A program made the translations under genes and the position numbers. Below the pieces are notes generated by a model. That model had not been told where the DNA came from, did not search any database, and saw nothing but the letters and a program-made list of their open reading frames with translations. DNA of 64,000 bases from positions 16,382 to 80,381 of the forward strand of contig JANQEJ010000327.1 in NCBI GenBank assembly GCA_028278425.1. Reading direction: 5' to 3'. The DNA is from Planctomycetota bacterium. GTDB taxonomy: Bacteria > Planctomycetota > UBA1135 > GCA-002686595. This document shows positions 8,227 to 15,434 of this stretch, one piece after another. Each line of letters starts with the position of its first letter. The first letter of the stretch is position 1.

Positions 8227-9693
8227 ATGGTCAAACGAAGAACGAGCTCGGTCCCGTGCCGGGTGTACAAGTACGGCGCGCTGCCCCCGGAGCCGCGCGA
8301 TGTCGTGGACGAGCAGATGTGGCTGGCGCACCGCTACTACAACGACCTGATCGAGGTCGAGCACGCTCGGCGCCAGGCCTTCGTCTGGGCGCGCGACCGC
8401 GTGTCGGCGGAGGAGCTGCGTGAGGTCTCGAAGCAGATCGAGGAGGAGCGCAAGGACGTCTGCAACGCGCGCGTCCGCGACCCTGAGTGGGGGCCCGGGC
8501 TGCGCGGCACGTGCGGGCTCTACTCGGGCACCTACCTGCTCATCGAGGCGCAGGCCGAGCAGGCGCGGAAGAAGAAGGGCGCGCCGCCTCGGTTCCGGCG
8601 CTGGACGGGGGAGGGGGCGATCGGCATCCAGTGCGCCAAGCCCATCCCCGTCTCGGAGCTGATGGACGGCACCAACCGCTACGCGTCGATCGACACGTCT
8701 CCGCGCTACCACATCCGCACGGGGCGCCCCATCAAGAACGGCGCGCTGCTCACCTGCGTCGTCGGGCCCGGAGGCACCAAGGCCAGCTTCTCGATGAAGC
8801 TGCACCGGCCGCTGCCGGAGGACGGCCTCGTGCGCTGGATCAAGATCCTGCGGCGCCGCACTGCCGAGACGAGCGTCGCGGGGGTGCGGGAGAAGTGGGA
8901 GGTCCACATCACCGTGGAGTCCTCGACGTTCATTCGGCCCGAGCGCAAGGGACCTGTCGCGGCCATCGACCTGTGTTGGTCGAAGGGGCGCGTCGGGCAC
9001 CTGCTCGGCGAGGACGGATATGAGGAGCCGATTCTGCCGCACACGGCCATCGTGAAGAAGCTCCGCTACGCCGACTCGGTTCGGTCGATCCGGGACGGGT
9101 ACCTGAACGTGGCCAAGGAGTGGGCGGCCATCAACATCGACCCGCGCGTCCGGAGCTGGCACCGGATGCACGCGAAGGGGCTGATGCGGAAGATCCGCGA
9201 GTGGAGAGAGGAGGGTCACGACGTCGCCGTGCTGGAGGCGTGGCGCCATCGCGACACCCACCTCTACCAGATCGAGCACAACGTGCGGGCCAAGGCCAAG
9301 CGCCGCCTTCAAAACGACTACCGCGTGTGGGCGCGTCGCGTCGTGGACCGCTACCCGGTGATTATCCTCGAGGACCTCGACCTGTCGGAGCTCGCGACCG
9401 AGAACAGCGGCGGCAAGTGGGGCAACCACCAGCGCTTCGTGTACGCGCCCAGTCGGCTGCGTGACGCGCTGGCCAATGCGGGCGCGCAGATCGTGAAGGT
9501 GCCGGCCGCGTACACGAGCGCGCTCTGTCACTGCTGCGGCAAGGAGGTCGGTGGCACCTACCACCGGCCTCGCTGCGAGGAGTGCGACTGGGTGGGCGAC
9601 CGGCGCGAGAACGCTGTGCGGAACATCCTCGCGGATGGCATGGAGGCGCTGGGCAGAGCGCCGAAGAGAGAGGAGGCAGCTCAACGCCCGTAG
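8227..9693 (+). CDS. TnpB/Cas12-like RNA-guided RuvC endonuclease (miniature type V-like effector)
   Basis: TnpB hallmarks in order: N-terminal CRVYKYGALPP..RYYNDLIE; PPRFRRW; RuvC-I VAAIDLCWSK; RuvC-II YPVIILEDLDLSEL; Zn ribbon AAYTSALCHCCG...RCEECDW; RuvC-III GDRRENAVRNIL. SD gaggag lies 8 nt before ATG 8227. Confidence 0.85.
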   Translation: MVKRRTSSVPCRVYKYGALPPEPRDVVDEQMWLAHRYYNDLIEVEHARRQAFVWARDRVSAEELREVSKQIEEERKDVCNARVRDPEWGPGLRGTCGLYSGTYLLIEAQAEQARKKKGAPPRFRRWTGEGAIGIQCAKPIPVSELMDGTNRYASIDTSPRYHIRTGRPIKNGALLTCVVGPGGTKASFSMKLHRPLPEDGLVRWIKILRRRTAETSVAGVREKWEVHITVESSTFIRPERKGPVAAIDLCWSKGRVGHLLGEDGYEEPILPHTAIVKKLRYADSVRSIRDGYLNVAKEWAAINIDPRVRSWHRMHAKGLMRKIREWREEGHDVAVLEAWRHRDTHLYQIEHNVRAKAKRRLQNDYRVWARRVVDRYPVIILEDLDLSELATENSGGKWGNHQRFVYAPSRLRDALANAGAQIVKVPAAYTSALCHCCGKEVGGTYHRPRCEECDWVGDRRENAVRNILADGMEALGRAPKREEAAQRP

Positions 9694-10641
9694 AAGTTGA
9701 GACTTGATGAAGGCAGCTCGGCGCCGTTGAAGCCGTGACGACCTGTTGAGGGCGCTCGGAGGCAGCTCGGCGCCGTTGAAAAGTCGAGACCTGATCGGCG
9801 TGCGTCATCCAAGGCCGTGGAAAGGCGGACTGAGGCAGCTCGGCGCCGTACAAGACCGAGACGTTGGTGTCGTCACACGTCGTCAATGACCGAGACTGGT
9901 GAAGCCGGTTGGTGAGAGGCAGCTCGGCGCCGTACAAGCCGAGACGCTACGCCGCCGCGATCGGAGGGACCGGTCACGAGATGACGGAGGCAGCTCGGCG
10001 CCGTCGAAGACCGAGACTGGTGAAGCCGGTGGTGAGAGGCAGCTCGGCGCCATTGAAAGCCGAGAGGCGAAGCAGAAGTCGGAGAGGCAGCTCGGCGCCG
10101 TTGAGCCGGGACGCAATAGGCACCTCGGCGCCGTTGAAGCCGAGACGCGAAGAGATGAGGCAGTTCGGAGCCGTGGAATCCGAAAGGCGAGCGGGAGTCT
10201 CTACGGACAACCAAGGGAGGCAGCTCGGCGCCGTTGAAGCCGGGAAGCGGGGCCATGTCAGGAGGCAGCTCGGCGCCGTTGAGCCGGGACGCAATGAATG
10301 CGGACAAAGGAGGCAGCTCGGCGCCGTTGAAGCCGAGACAGCGCCGACTCTGGCCCCTCCGAGCAGCGCATGCCCCACTACGTGGCAGTTCGGCGCCGTA
10401 GAAGACCGAGACGTTTGGGAGCCCGGCCTACTCACGACAAGGTCCGGTAGAGGTAACTCAACACCGTTGAAGTTGGGACTACTGCTGGGGCCGGTGAAGG
10501 CAGCTCGTCGCCTGAGCAAAAGACGAGACCCCGCTGCGACTGACCTGACCGGAGGCAGCTCGGCGCCGTTGAAGCCGAGACGAGCGCTCACGCACCGCCT
10601 CGTGATGACATGAGGCACCTCGGCGCCGTACAAGCCGAGAC
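9675..10641 (+). CRISPR. downstream CRISPR-like array: 18 direct copies of the hairpin repeat with irregular spacing
   Basis: Copies start at 9675, 9712, 9761, 9834, 9918, 9989, 10038, 10086, 10119, 10159, 10219, 10264, 10312, 10384, 10452, 10499, 10554 and 10614. Consensus is GGCAGCTCGGCGCCGTTGAAGCCGAGAC. Spacers are 6-55 nt. A truncated remnant lies at 9886-9897. The first copy overlaps the nuclease stop codon. Confidence 0.65.
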
Positions 10642-10688
10642 TTCCGCGCGATCGTGGCTCGGCCGGAAAAACTGCTAGGCTGAGGCGC

Positions 10689-11621
10689 GTGACCGCCGCG
10701 CCTCCCATGAACCCGAAGACGGCTCGCCTGCTCAGCAACATGGGCGAGCGGACGAGCCGGCGAACGGGTCGGCGCACCTTCCACGCCGGGATGGACATCG
10801 GTTCGCGCCAGGGCGCGGGTGCGCTGATCACGGCGTCGCAGGCCGGCACGATCGAGCACGTGCTCGCCGAAGACGACCGCCGGCGCGCCTTCCGGGGCTA
10901 CGGCAACGGGGTGATCGTCGATCACGGCGACGGCACGTGGGCGCTCTACGCCCACATGGAGCGCGTCGCGCCCGGCCTCGCGCCCGGGATGCGTGTCGAG
11001 CCCGGAACGCCGCTCGGCTACATGGGCAACACCACCAACGGCGCCTTTCGGATGCCGGTGCCCCACCTTCATCTCGAGCTCCGGCGCGCGAAGGCCGATG
11101 GCTCGAGCCCGTTCCCGGGGCCCTACCGCACCTACAACCTCGATCCGGCCGACTGGCTGAGCGGCAAGGGCATGCGGTTCGTGCGCCGCGGGGGCCTCGA
11201 GATCGACCGGGACTCCCCGATCGATCTGGCCCGGCCCCAGTGGGAGGCGATCCACCCGTACACGACCGCGCCGGGCCTGGGGCAGAGCCGTCTCTACCCG
11301 AAGCTACCGCAGCGAGTGATCGCGTCGCCGGAGATCGTGCCGATCCGCGTGGGCGGCGGCCGGTGGGCTCTCGGCGCGATGGGCCAGAAGCCGGGCATGA
11401 TGCCGGGCTACGGTCAGCCGGTGCCGTACGGCCAGAAGGGGAGCGCCTCGAGCAAGCCCGGCGTCCCCTACGATTTCAGCGTGGTGAACATCTACGAGCC
11501 GGTGCGGATGGACCGCGACGTCCTGTTCGGCCTGAGTCCGGTGGCGTGGGGCCTTCTCGGCCTCGGGCTGGCGGTGCTCGTCGGCGGCACGGTGTACGTG
11601 CTGACGACCCGCCGCGCGTAG
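10689..11621 (+). CDS. M23 family metallopeptidase with C-terminal transmembrane anchor
   Basis: HAGMDIG (HxxxD), GNGVIVDHGDGTWALYAHM and HLHLELR (HxH) motifs; C-terminal WGLLGLGLAVLVGGTVYVL. Confidence 0.8.
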   Translation: MTAAPPMNPKTARLLSNMGERTSRRTGRRTFHAGMDIGSRQGAGALITASQAGTIEHVLAEDDRRRAFRGYGNGVIVDHGDGTWALYAHMERVAPGLAPGMRVEPGTPLGYMGNTTNGAFRMPVPHLHLELRRAKADGSSPFPGPYRTYNLDPADWLSGKGMRFVRRGGLEIDRDSPIDLARPQWEAIHPYTTAPGLGQSRLYPKLPQRVIASPEIVPIRVGGGRWALGAMGQKPGMMPGYGQPVPYGQKGSASSKPGVPYDFSVVNIYEPVRMDRDVLFGLSPVAWGLLGLGLAVLVGGTVYVLTTRRA

Positions 11622-11647
11622 CGTATCCTGCGCGCCGAGGAGGAGCT

Positions 11648-12322
11648 GTGACTCAAGGGGCCGATTTCACCGACATCCAGCCGATCGACACGGGGGGACC
11701 CCTCGGCGCCGTATCGTACCAGGGCAGCTTCCTCGCCCCCAACTACGTGGGCCTCGACGCCGAGGCGGCCAAGCAGATCATCCTGCCGACCTTCAACCGG
11801 TTCCGCATCGGCATGACGATCTTCTTCGAGTTCGAGATCTTCATCGACACGCCGGGCATCACGGCGGTGCTGCTGCAGCCCTGGTGGCTGCGGCCGCAGC
11901 AGGAGTTCCGGTCGATCGGTCCGACGATCCTCAACTACATTCCCGACACGCCCGATGGGCGACCGAGCGTCGACACGTACGCGTTCGGGGCGCCGGGCGT
12001 CTCGCTCGCAGCCACCAACCGGCTCTGGCAGACGGACACGAAGCGCGAGGATCAGATCGCCCCGACCTTCCCGCTCGTGCCGGTGGGCAAGAGCTACTCG
12101 AACATGGTCGACAACGTGTGGCGCATCCCCATCAACAGCGCGCTGGTGGTGGCGGGCTACAGCTTCACCAAGTCGTGGTACTGGCCGGCGCACGGCTACG
12201 CGCTGGCGTTCACGAGCGACTTCGAGGGTCAGCCCGGGCAGGGCGAGGGGGCCTTCCCGAGCTTGCGTCTGTCCTGGAAGACGGGCAGCACGCGCTCGAT
12301 CAGCCAAGAGAACGTCGAGTAG
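11648..12322 (+). CDS. hypothetical protein (possibly structural)
   Basis: GTG 11648 preceded by aggagg; aromatic-rich, non-repetitive product. Confidence 0.5.
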   Translation: MTQGADFTDIQPIDTGGPLGAVSYQGSFLAPNYVGLDAEAAKQIILPTFNRFRIGMTIFFEFEIFIDTPGITAVLLQPWWLRPQQEFRSIGPTILNYIPDTPDGRPSVDTYAFGAPGVSLAATNRLWQTDTKREDQIAPTFPLVPVGKSYSNMVDNVWRIPINSALVVAGYSFTKSWYWPAHGYALAFTSDFEGQPGQGEGAFPSLRLSWKTGSTRSISQENVE

Positions 12323-12331
12323 GAAGAGGTC

Positions 12332-12586
12332 ATGGGCGCAGACGAGTTGATGGAGGAGCTCGCCGCGCGCGTCGAGCGCGGCGACGGGTTCATCATGCAG
12401 CTCACGGTCGACCCGCAGGGGGACAAGGTGAGCGCGGAGTTCATGCCGATCGAGCCCAAGCCCGCTTTCGCCAAGGTGGTATCGACCTTCGAGTCGGTGC
12501 GCGATCAGGTCTCGCCGGTGTGGGCGATGCTCCAGAGCGGCGTGCAGACGCTGCTCGCGTCGGCGAACATCGAACGCCGCGCGTGA
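12332..12586 (+). CDS. hypothetical protein
   Basis: 84-aa ORF with protein-like composition. Confidence 0.5.
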   Translation: MGADELMEELAARVERGDGFIMQLTVDPQGDKVSAEFMPIEPKPAFAKVVSTFESVRDQVSPVWAMLQSGVQTLLASANIERRA

Positions 12587-12789
12587 AGCTGCGCCTCACC
12601 GACCACGAGACGGCGAGGGTCCTGCTCGATGCGCTCACGCGCCGCGGCGACGTGCCTCCCGGCGAGCACTGCTGCGTCGTGTTTCGGCCGAAGACGCCTG
12701 AGAGTGAGTTCGAGGCCGTGGTGATGTGGGGGGACGACCTGCCGGCCGAACCGATGGCCGAGCTGATCGCGCTCGACGACTACCGCTGA
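12583..12789 (+). CDS. hypothetical protein
   Basis: GTG 12583 overlaps the previous TGA (GTGA); 68 aa. Confidence 0.4.
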   Translation: MKLRLTDHETARVLLDALTRRGDVPPGEHCCVVFRPKTPESEFEAVVMWGDDLPAEPMAELIALDDYR

Positions 12790-12820
12790 GCGTCGCGAGG
12801 CCACGGGCACTCGAGCGGCA

Positions 12821-13444
12821 TCAGGAACCGCCGTACTTGCCGCGCAACAGCTCTACGTCGAAGCCGGTCAGGCGAGGCGGGAACTGGCGGTCGGGCGTCG
12901 GTCCGAGGGGGTAGAGGTCGGGGTCGCGGCAGATGCTGGCCTGGTGATCGTCGTGCTCGAGGCCGAGGCAGTGGCAGCCGAGCTCGTGGTGGAGCACCTG
13001 GAAGAGCATCTCGTCGGTGCCGGTGTTCGACGTCTGTGCGAGGCACATCTCGTAGGTGGTGCCGGTGCCGGTGAGCTCGGCGTAGCCGTGGCTGTAGGCC
13101 CAGTGCGAGCTCGCGTCGGCGGGCACCCCGATCACGACGAGGACGTCTTGTTCCTCGGCGTCAGCGCCGTGGCCGCTGTACCGGAAGACGCCGCCGGGGA
13201 GGTCGACGCGGTCGTTGATGCGGTCGATGACGGCCTCGACCTGCTCGCAGGGATAGTCGTCGGGCCCGGTCGGCGCGTACGTGGCGCAGCCGACCGCGAG
13301 CGGCATGTGGTCCCAGGAGTTGGCGGGGTCGACGAAGCCGGGCTCACGGTGGCCCGGGATCCCGATCAGGAGCAGGATGATGGCGACGAGGAAGATCGTC
13401 AGGACGACGCCTCCCATGATCCAGAATTTGGCGTTCTTCGGCAC
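12821..13444 (-). CDS. membrane-anchored metzincin-like zinc protease with atypical motif
   Basis: N-terminal anchor FWIMGGVVLTIFLVAIILLLIG; LHHELGCHCLGLEHDDH resembles HExxHxxGxxH with one extra residue. Start is uncertain (GTG 13444, ATG 13417 or ATG 13579). Confidence 0.5.
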   Translation of the reverse strand: MPKNAKFWIMGGVVLTIFLVAIILLLIGIPGHREPGFVDPANSWDHMPLAVGCATYAPTGPDDYPCEQVEAVIDRINDRVDLPGGVFRYSGHGADAEEQDVLVVIGVPADASSHWAYSHGYAELTGTGTTYEMCLAQTSNTGTDEMLFQVLHHELGCHCLGLEHDDHQASICRDPDLYPLGPTPDRQFPPRLTGFDVELLRGKYGGS

Positions 13445-13588
13445 GCCTCCGAGCGTAACCCAACCGGCGGTCGTCCGGCACCCGTCCGCTTGCGTTCCGG
13501 CCGATCGAGATGCAAGGCTCCCGCGAACCAACGAGCCGCGGGGGCGCTCGCCCCCGACCGGACGCTCGCTTCCAGTCACGGAGTATCT

Positions 13589-14281
13589 ATGCGACGCAAC
13601 CGCGCCATCTCACGCCTGTTGTCTCTGCTCGCCCCTCTCGCGCTGCTCGTGGCGCTGCTCGCGCCCGGGCCCGGTACAGCGCAAGATCAGCGTCGCCGGC
13701 GCCTGACCCGCGCCGAGCTGCGCCTGCTCGAGCTCGAGTCGAAGCTGTCCTTCAACGAGGCGGGCGACTCCTACCACGACGCGGCGCTCATCCATCAGAT
13801 CGTGGAGGGAAAGGGCGAGACGCTGGTTGAGCGGATCCGGTGGATCGAGGACCACTCCCGGTGCGTCTCGGGCGTCCTGACGCAGGACCAGGCGAACGCT
13901 CGCGAGGGCAACTGCCGTTGGACCCGGAACCTGCACCAGGACGGGCGCCGGCCGCGCGGATGGAACCGCGCGTTGGATGGGCGGTGGAGCTGGACGCGTC
14001 GGCGCTGGGTGAACCACGTGCCGGTGGTGCGCCGCTTCGTCACGGGCGAGGACGACTACCGCCCGTGCGAGGAGCAGCCCGACTCGTGGGACGGCGTGCG
14101 CTACGGCCGCGCCTGCATCGAGCGTGGCGCGGACTGCCCGCCGATCATGCAGAGGACGGCCTCGAGGCGTGCGCGCCGGCCGCGGCGCGTGCTCGATTGC
14201 GCGGTGCCGTATACCCGCGATCCCGCGGCGGAGGGGCTCCACAACTTCGCGGTGGACCTCAATCCGAGCGGGCCGAGCTGA
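13589..14281 (+). CDS. secreted hypothetical protein (signal peptide; Trp/Arg/Cys-rich)
   Basis: MRRNRAISRLLSLLAPLALLVALLAPGPGTAQ signal-like N-terminus; ATG 13589. Confidence 0.55.
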   Translation: MRRNRAISRLLSLLAPLALLVALLAPGPGTAQDQRRRRLTRAELRLLELESKLSFNEAGDSYHDAALIHQIVEGKGETLVERIRWIEDHSRCVSGVLTQDQANAREGNCRWTRNLHQDGRRPRGWNRALDGRWSWTRRRWVNHVPVVRRFVTGEDDYRPCEEQPDSWDGVRYGRACIERGADCPPIMQRTASRRARRPRRVLDCAVPYTRDPAAEGLHNFAVDLNPSGPS

Positions 14282-14289
14282 TCGATCGA

Positions 14290-14718
14290 ATGGCCCGATC
14301 GTGGTACGATCGGGCCGGAGGAGCCATGCACCGACGACCGAACTCTCACATCTGGAGCGAGCACGCTCAGGGCCGCAGTCGCTCCACCGAAGACATCATG
14401 ACGGGTGTCGGCCTCGGCGCCGACGCGCTCGACCAGGTGACCAAGGACGTCACCGGTCACGGCGTGATGTGCAAGTTCGACTGCTCGCACTGCGGGCGCC
14501 AGACGGCGCTGCTGACGACGTGGCCCGAGCTCGCGAGCTTCTTCCGCGGCGTGAAGGTGAAGGGCTCGACCGCGACGCACCAGGGGCTGATGCAGCGTAT
14601 CCGCTGCCGCTGCCGTCGCGTCAACCGGCTGCTCTGGGGCTGGGACGAGATCCACAACTTCGTCACTCAGGCGGTTCGGCTTCGTCGGCTTCCGCCCGAC
14701 GTGTTGAACGTCCGGTAG
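14290..14718 (+). CDS. hypothetical Cys-rich protein
   Basis: CKFDCSHCGRQ...CRCRRVN; start uncertain (14290, 14326 or 14398). Confidence 0.4.
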   Translation: MARSWYDRAGGAMHRRPNSHIWSEHAQGRSRSTEDIMTGVGLGADALDQVTKDVTGHGVMCKFDCSHCGRQTALLTTWPELASFFRGVKVKGSTATHQGLMQRIRCRCRRVNRLLWGWDEIHNFVTQAVRLRRLPPDVLNVR

Positions 14719-15178
14719 CAAACGCGCTCTCGAAGCGCTTGGGCCCCCCGGCGTCGTGGAAGCAGGCCTGCGCGGTGGCCGCGAGGCCGGCGAGCAGCAG
14801 GCCCCCGTACACGAAGGGCGTGCGCGCCGGCAGCCCGAAGCCGAGCTCCTTCATCGCCTCATCGAGGATGTGGAAGCGGTGCGCCCAGGCGTCGAAGTAG
14901 GGGAAGTCGCCGCGGCGGACGTAGTAGGCGACGTCCTTCGCGCTCGTGCGCTCGAGCATGTAGATCCACTGCTGCGCGTACTCGGGTAGCGCCCCCAGCG
15001 GCAGCTCGGCGATCATCTTCTGCAGCCGGTCCCACTCGACGCGCATGGAGCGGTGCCCACCGCGGAAGTGTTCGGGCCAGAGGTGCCTTTCCTGGAACCG
15101 AAACGCCGCGCGGCTGATGAGCACGCGGCGGTTCATGGCGGCCTTCTTCGGCTTCTTCTTCGCCCTGCGCTTACTCAT
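14663..15178 (-). CDS. hypothetical protein
   Basis: Start at MSKRRAKKKPKK; 171 aa; the upstream in-frame part is low-complexity. Confidence 0.5.
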   Translation of the reverse strand: MSKRRAKKKPKKAAMNRRVLISRAAFRFQERHLWPEHFRGGHRSMRVEWDRLQKMIAELPLGALPEYAQQWIYMLERTSAKDVAYYVRRGDFPYFDAWAHRFHILDEAMKELGFGLPARTPFVYGGLLLAGLAATAQACFHDAGGPKRFESAFATGRSTRRAEADEAEPPE

Positions 15179-15434
15179 CGGGCACCGCATGGCGGTGCTC
15201 ACGGCGCCAGCACCGGTCGCAGACGCGCGACTGCCCGGTGACGTAGGGGCCGTGCGCGGTGCCGTCGAAGAGGAAGTGACTGTCGAACCAGCCGTCGGGG
15301 TCCGTATCGCCACCGACGGACCAGACGTGTCCGTGAAACCGGCACCGCGCCACTCGCCAGAGAAAGTCCGCGATCTCGCCCGCGCCGTCGCGCACGATCT
15401 CGACGCGCTGGCGCCACCGCGCGAGGGAGCTCAT
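15171..15434 (-). CDS. hypothetical protein
   Basis: 87-aa ORF coupled to its neighbours. Confidence 0.45.
   Translation of the reverse strand: MSSLARWRQRVEIVRDGAGEIADFLWRVARCRFHGHVWSVGGDTDPDGWFDSHFLFDGTAHGPYVTGQSRVCDRCWRREHRHAVPDE

Noticed and set aside
9644-9661. Small hairpin ggcgct-gggcag-agcgcc inside the nuclease 3' coding region, as a possible omega-RNA/tracr-like scaffold element
   Set aside because: A 6-bp GC stem is expected by chance at this GC content, and I found no anti-repeat complementary to the array repeat by eye. It is worth revisiting only with RNA-seq.
7315-9684. 789-aa ORF on the - strand, the longest in the track
   Set aside because: It runs antisense to the TnpB/Cas12-like gene and through the upstream repeat array. 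Its product is Arg/Ala/Pro/Gly-rich low-complexity sequence with no motif, whereas the + strand frame carries an ordered set of TnpB motifs. It is a typical GC-driven shadow ORF.
9909-10613. 234-aa + strand ORF (and the 291-aa - strand ORF 9974-10849) spanning the downstream array, with recurring peptides such as RQLGAVE and SSAPLKP
   Set aside because: The peptide repeats are just translations of the DNA repeat. Repeat spacing is not a multiple of three, so the repeat is read in different frames, and the stem co-variation argues for an RNA-level function.
7929-10641. Calling the locus a canonical CRISPR-Cas type V system
   Set aside because: Spacer lengths range from 6 to 55 nt, some units are duplicated or deleted, the arrays lie on both sides of the effector, and no adaptation genes are seen. 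I keep it as CRISPR-like rather than assign a subtype.
7929-10641. Interpreting the repeats as the left and right ends of an IS200/IS605 element carrying tnpB
   Set aside because: IS605 ends are single hairpin-containing ends, not 6- and 18-copy arrays, and no tnpA is present. I cannot exclude a REP/BIME-like cluster colonised by a TnpB without genome-wide repeat counts, so this remains the main alternative hypothesis.
14996-15010. An isolated partial match to the repeat 5' half (ggcagctcggcg) inside the 14663-15178 gene
   Set aside because: Only about 12 nt match, there is no 3' stem arm, and it lies within a coding region on the opposite-strand gene. This is most likely chance in GC-rich DNA.
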